DNA of 64,000 bases from NCBI GenBank assembly GCA_965153355.1, contig OZ231126.1:3410001-3474000 (forward strand). The letters are read 5' to 3'. Below are positions 36,720 through 64,000 of this stretch, piece by piece; position 1 is the first letter of the stretch; each line of letters begins with the position of its first letter. The notes under the pieces are model-generated. The model saw nothing but the letters and a program-made list of their open reading frames with translations. It made no database searches and was not told the origin of the DNA. A program made the position numbers and the translations under genes. The stretch comes from Flaccisagitta enflata. Lineage: Eukaryota.

Positions 36720-37093
36720 CATTTGAATGAGAGAGAAAGAGAGACGTTGAGACTACCCAACTCAGTATCTCTCAGAGCTTTGAATTTTTCGGCCACGATT
36801 TCTGGTCGTCTCTCTCTGGCTCATATCTGAGATTCCAAATTCAACGTTGAGTCGAAATTGAATCAGCGCGGACCAACCAGATCCTGGAGTTGGGTTCGTC
36901 CTTGAGAATGCCGCTCATTGGTTAAATGCAACTAGGAAAACTTGGGCCAATCACAAGTGAGGGCTTGGGTCTCTGTCCAATCAGATCTATCCAATGTGAG
37001 CTTGTGATGCCATACTGAAGAGTTCATGGTTTGGAAAACAGTTTGTTTCAATTACAGTCGGGTGGTGACTTAGAGACACGTATATTGCGCGGG
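36720..37093. promoter_or_regulatory. Candidate bidirectional promoter with tandem CCAAT (NF-Y) boxes and CHR-like TTTGAA motifs
   Basis: ATTGG 36917, CCAAT 36947 and CCAAT 36977 (exact 30-bp spacing), plus CCAAT 36991; TTTGAA at 36722 and 36779. Flanked by a + strand donor (GGG|gtgagt 37093) and a - strand donor (36597). Confidence 0.55.
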
Positions 37094-37472
37094 GTGAGTC
37101 TGTCTTTTTGTTTTCATTCTTTATGTTGCTTTTGGAGATGTTTACAAAACGCAATAGCCTAATCATTACCACAGTGTTAATGGGGAAGTATATGAATAAA
37201 AATATTACATCTTCGAGTAAAGTTCAAGACTCTCATGTTTCAGAAGAGGGTTGATATTTGAGAGTTTATACAACGACAATTATGGTGTGGACATACAAAA
37301 AAAAAAAAAGATATAAAATTGTTACTCTTCACGCGCAATCTGATTTCGCTTCAATTCCCAACATCTAAATCCCCTTTTCAAAAAACAAATTATGTGAAAA
37401 TACAGATGAATACTATTGATTGATTGAATGATTTGAACCGTTGATTGATCGATTTCAGGCTGATTGTGTAGA

Positions 37473-62989
<25,517 letters not shown>

Positions 62990-64000
62990 ATTAATAATTT
63001 ATAGGTTGTTTTATATCATTCGATTCATTCATATGTCAAATCTTGTCCCGAAGTCATTTGCAAATTATTCGTGGTCATGGAAGCTAGTTTTGTTTGTTTT
63101 TTTGTTCTTGATGATAATCTTCAAAGATAGTTTTGTCTCATTTTCATTCATATTCAAACCCTCACTTTACTTTTTTCCTCTCTCCTCCCCCCCTTCCCTC
63201 TCTTTCCCTATGGATCCGTTCTTGGAGTTACAAGCCCACCCAAACATCCCCTTGCTCTTACCCCCGGAACTGCCCTCTCGTTCCTCCTCTTCCCATCTTA
63301 CAATCATCAAAAACGCCCACTTAACTAAAATCATATTATTTTAATTTTTCTAGTTTTCATCGATTTTAACGTAGGCCCTTTTATTTTATTATAAACTTCG
63401 TTTCTGTTTGTTGTTGCATTATCATTTTTGACTCGAAAATTGGAAAATTAGCTATATGTTTTCCGTGGGTTGATTTAGCTTGCATTTTCTGTTGACAATC
63501 AGCTTGTCATTGTGATCGGTATCAATCTGACCAATTTTAGATCGTCGCTGTCGTTAGTTTTTTTCATCGGTAATTATCCCTCATTAGTTAACGCTGGACG
63601 GTCATCAGAAAACGATCTTTACATCGAAACGATTTAGTTATTGTAGTTGCATCCTGGTATTTCTACAAGAGGGTTTATAAGAGGGTCCGTCATTTAATGA
63701 CTGACAACGTCTGTCGGTCTGAAAAGTAACTACTAAAACCCTTTCCCTGCCCCTCGACGAATGACAATTGCCAACCGATCGAATGACTATTTAAAGTGTT
63801 ACAACGCTACACGATGAAAGAATACAAACTTTTTGGGGGCATACATGTAGTTACATTTTGTGAGAGAGGACGCCTGGTGTGGCTCGTTTTTTAGTTGCGG
63901 ACTATCGCCTCCATAAGAGGCTCTGTCCGTCCATCAGTCCGTCGGTCTGCCGTTCCATGGGTCACGCTCCTGTTGGGAAGTGTGAAAACGTGCAATTTGA

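Overview
Eukaryotic (animal-like) AT-rich genomic DNA packed with microsatellites and non-autonomous DNA transposons. Three spliced protein-coding genes can be rebuilt with consistent intron phases. (1) + strand 1976-5822: a 1223-aa NLR-like STAND protein with a SAM-like N-terminus, a candidate amyloid/RHIM-like motif, a NACHT NTPase and a C-terminal six-bladed Kelch propeller on its own exon. (2) - strand 22927-14669: cyclin B3 (7 coding exons, 813 aa, one GC-AG intron). (3) + strand 37473-62989: a MEP-1-like multi-zinc-finger chromatin repressor (14 coding exons, about 1821 aa). Genes 2 and 3 are head-to-head and may share a CCAAT/CHR promoter near 36.9 kb. The most unusual pattern is that at least 8 splice junctions of genes 2 and 3 are tandemly duplicated into the adjacent intron (2 to about 10 copies), forming arrays of decoy or alternative splice sites. 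The rest is MITEs with clear TIR/TSD signatures (hAT-like 8 bp, 9 bp, TA, CAC..GTG with 4 bp), Helentron/DINE-1-like elements (often nested) and simple repeats. Family assignments come from motif recognition only; no database search was run.
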